Assembly: GCA_944392595.1 (NCBI GenBank)
Contig: CALXXD010000004.1
Span: 33,040-97,039 of the forward strand
DNA from: an uncultured Alphaproteobacteria bacterium
Lineage (GTDB): Bacteria; Pseudomonadota; Alphaproteobacteria; Rs-D84
Reading direction: 5' to 3'
Length of the DNA stretch: 64,000 nt
Shown one piece after another: positions 63,801 through 64,000 of the stretch. Positions within the stretch are counted from its first letter, which is position 1, and the number at the start of each line of letters is the position of its first letter. The notes below the pieces were generated by a model. The model saw only the letters and a list, made by a program, of their open reading frames with translations, had not been told where the DNA came from and did no database searches. Position numbers and translations under genes: made by a program.

Positions 63801-64000
63801 GATATAACGCTGGACACCTCAAACGGTGGCAATTACATAATGCAAATTTTGGACGCTTCGGACAAGATTTTGACATCAGTCGAATACTTTGTCGCAGGCG
63901 CAAAAAACGACACTTTGCAATCTGACACAAACGCAGATTTGGAAATAAAATTAAACGGCGAACAATTCGCGCCCGGCGATAAAATTGAAATCAGCATAAC
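60804..64000 (+). CDS. Bacterial alpha-2-macroglobulin family protein, 3' end runs off window
   Basis: ATG 60804 after AAGGGG; N-terminal TM helix; in-frame DKRLILLTDLGII, VLGRNG, YVFSDRGIYRPGE and VQEFTPD motifs. Confidence 0.92.
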   Translation, partial: MQKKNKSKKTVKRTPIWKRAILWAVSVFVVIAIATATIIMLTQSGDKTRLNANISSPNVATFTDDNTMFFATQNSVPEPNNDRNLTTPDDIIISYNLDSGPYAPAFKMGITNEDLPNKIKITPFIRGEWYILNDSAIGFAPKTSWPAGETFTVKLDSDLFNDDVKIDTNRVKFETPNIAATVDNFNLYTAPTDKKSVVAVAVISFNYQIDTKNFTDKISLRTDGDDTDFIVKFDRFHRTAFIISAPIKITDTPQNVRLKINRIPAASGDSKTEKLTANVTIESADNIFKIQSIQTNIVNLDDGNSQQLILLDTTTAAQSNIDWSKYLTVYLLPEYRDDDERNNEQIHNWKNDEITDEVISQSQKLDIKSVDFATPNGVHQYAFSYAVSDDNNRDIYIELKPGAVSANGFTMKNGMNTVLCVPYLPKSVEIAGSGALLSLSGDQKLGLVARGGADMAYVNLYKVKSSEINHLISQTYNVFADAMAFKSWAFGAYDMSVVFQKQIPFASTSRTRANYASIDLGDYLTRTYGDNTGIFIIQTGTSENAAEYNDKRLILLTDLGIIRKTNLDGSSVVFVSNLGDGTPASDTEISVLGRNGNAVWAGRTDGDGRANIPSLPWSEYRNSREPVAIVARRGNDVSFIPYNAYDQRVEYSKFDVDGTYAVATNPLNAYVFSDRGIYRPGEEIIIGGIIKNKSFKSLSGIPVRLQIFDPRGRLAFEKTFSLTSDGMFDETYNIQNGAPLGTWTAYVYSLTSNNNLNDMLGMMNFEVQEFTPDTMKINAQIAGASNNGGWISPDNLSASVSLRNMFGTPATGRRISAYATLTPTEYSFDKFQGYKFTPNFISGTGLSENTARHNQTYSVEIQDVTTDDKGVAKFDINFNQTIPSGTYTLTLNVRGFESNSGRNVQTNITAHASNAKYLLGWRANGDLGYINRNASRMVNIVAVDHTATPTAANGLTMRVIQRENQTTLVKDYSNTYKYQTITRNKIISQRQIDIPSNGLDITLDTSNGGNYIMQILDASDKILTSVEYFVAGAKNDTLQSDTNADLEIKLNGEQFAPGDKIEISI

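Noticed and set aside
60735-63930. Short minus-strand ORFs at the window end
   Set aside because: Antisense to the open alpha-2-macroglobulin frame starting at 60804

Overview
Chromosomal segment of a bacterium that looks like a small-genome, anaerobic alphaproteobacterium. The ssb, CarD, RodZ, OmpA and envC/ctpA genes are alphaproteobacterial in style and sit alongside PFOR; a gut Rs-D84/'Ca. Enterousia'-like lineage is an inference only. The housekeeping backbone is tkt, rnhA, rlmE, uvrA, rodZ, dusB, ftsB-like, tspO, tRNA-Arg, tRNA-Pro, rho, ssb, eno, lptC/lptB, carD, bamE, nifJ, ctpA, envC, tyrS, tsf, rpsB and a partial alpha-2-macroglobulin. Accessory parts are: (i) a 3.4 kb LRR surface-protein cassette bounded by rnhA and a deleted rnhA remnant; (ii) a ~14 kb AT-rich, integrase-less island beside tRNA-Pro, made of tandem related cassettes (MFS, GNAT, APH, S66/MccF-like, Cj1417-like amidohydrolase, divergent ProRS paralog); (iii) two families of covarying structured palindromic repeats; (iv) an orphan Rz/Rz1-like pair; (v) a Fic+kinase pair; (vi) an Mpi-family invertase. 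The most unusual signals are a stand-alone SRP M-domain lacking its GTPase and RNA-binding motifs, a shared basic C-terminal '...xR-stop' tail on orphan or enzyme-like proteins (candidate secretion signal), and the covarying GA-mismatch hairpin repeat with SSB-tail duplications. No searches were run; all family calls come from motif recognition by eye.
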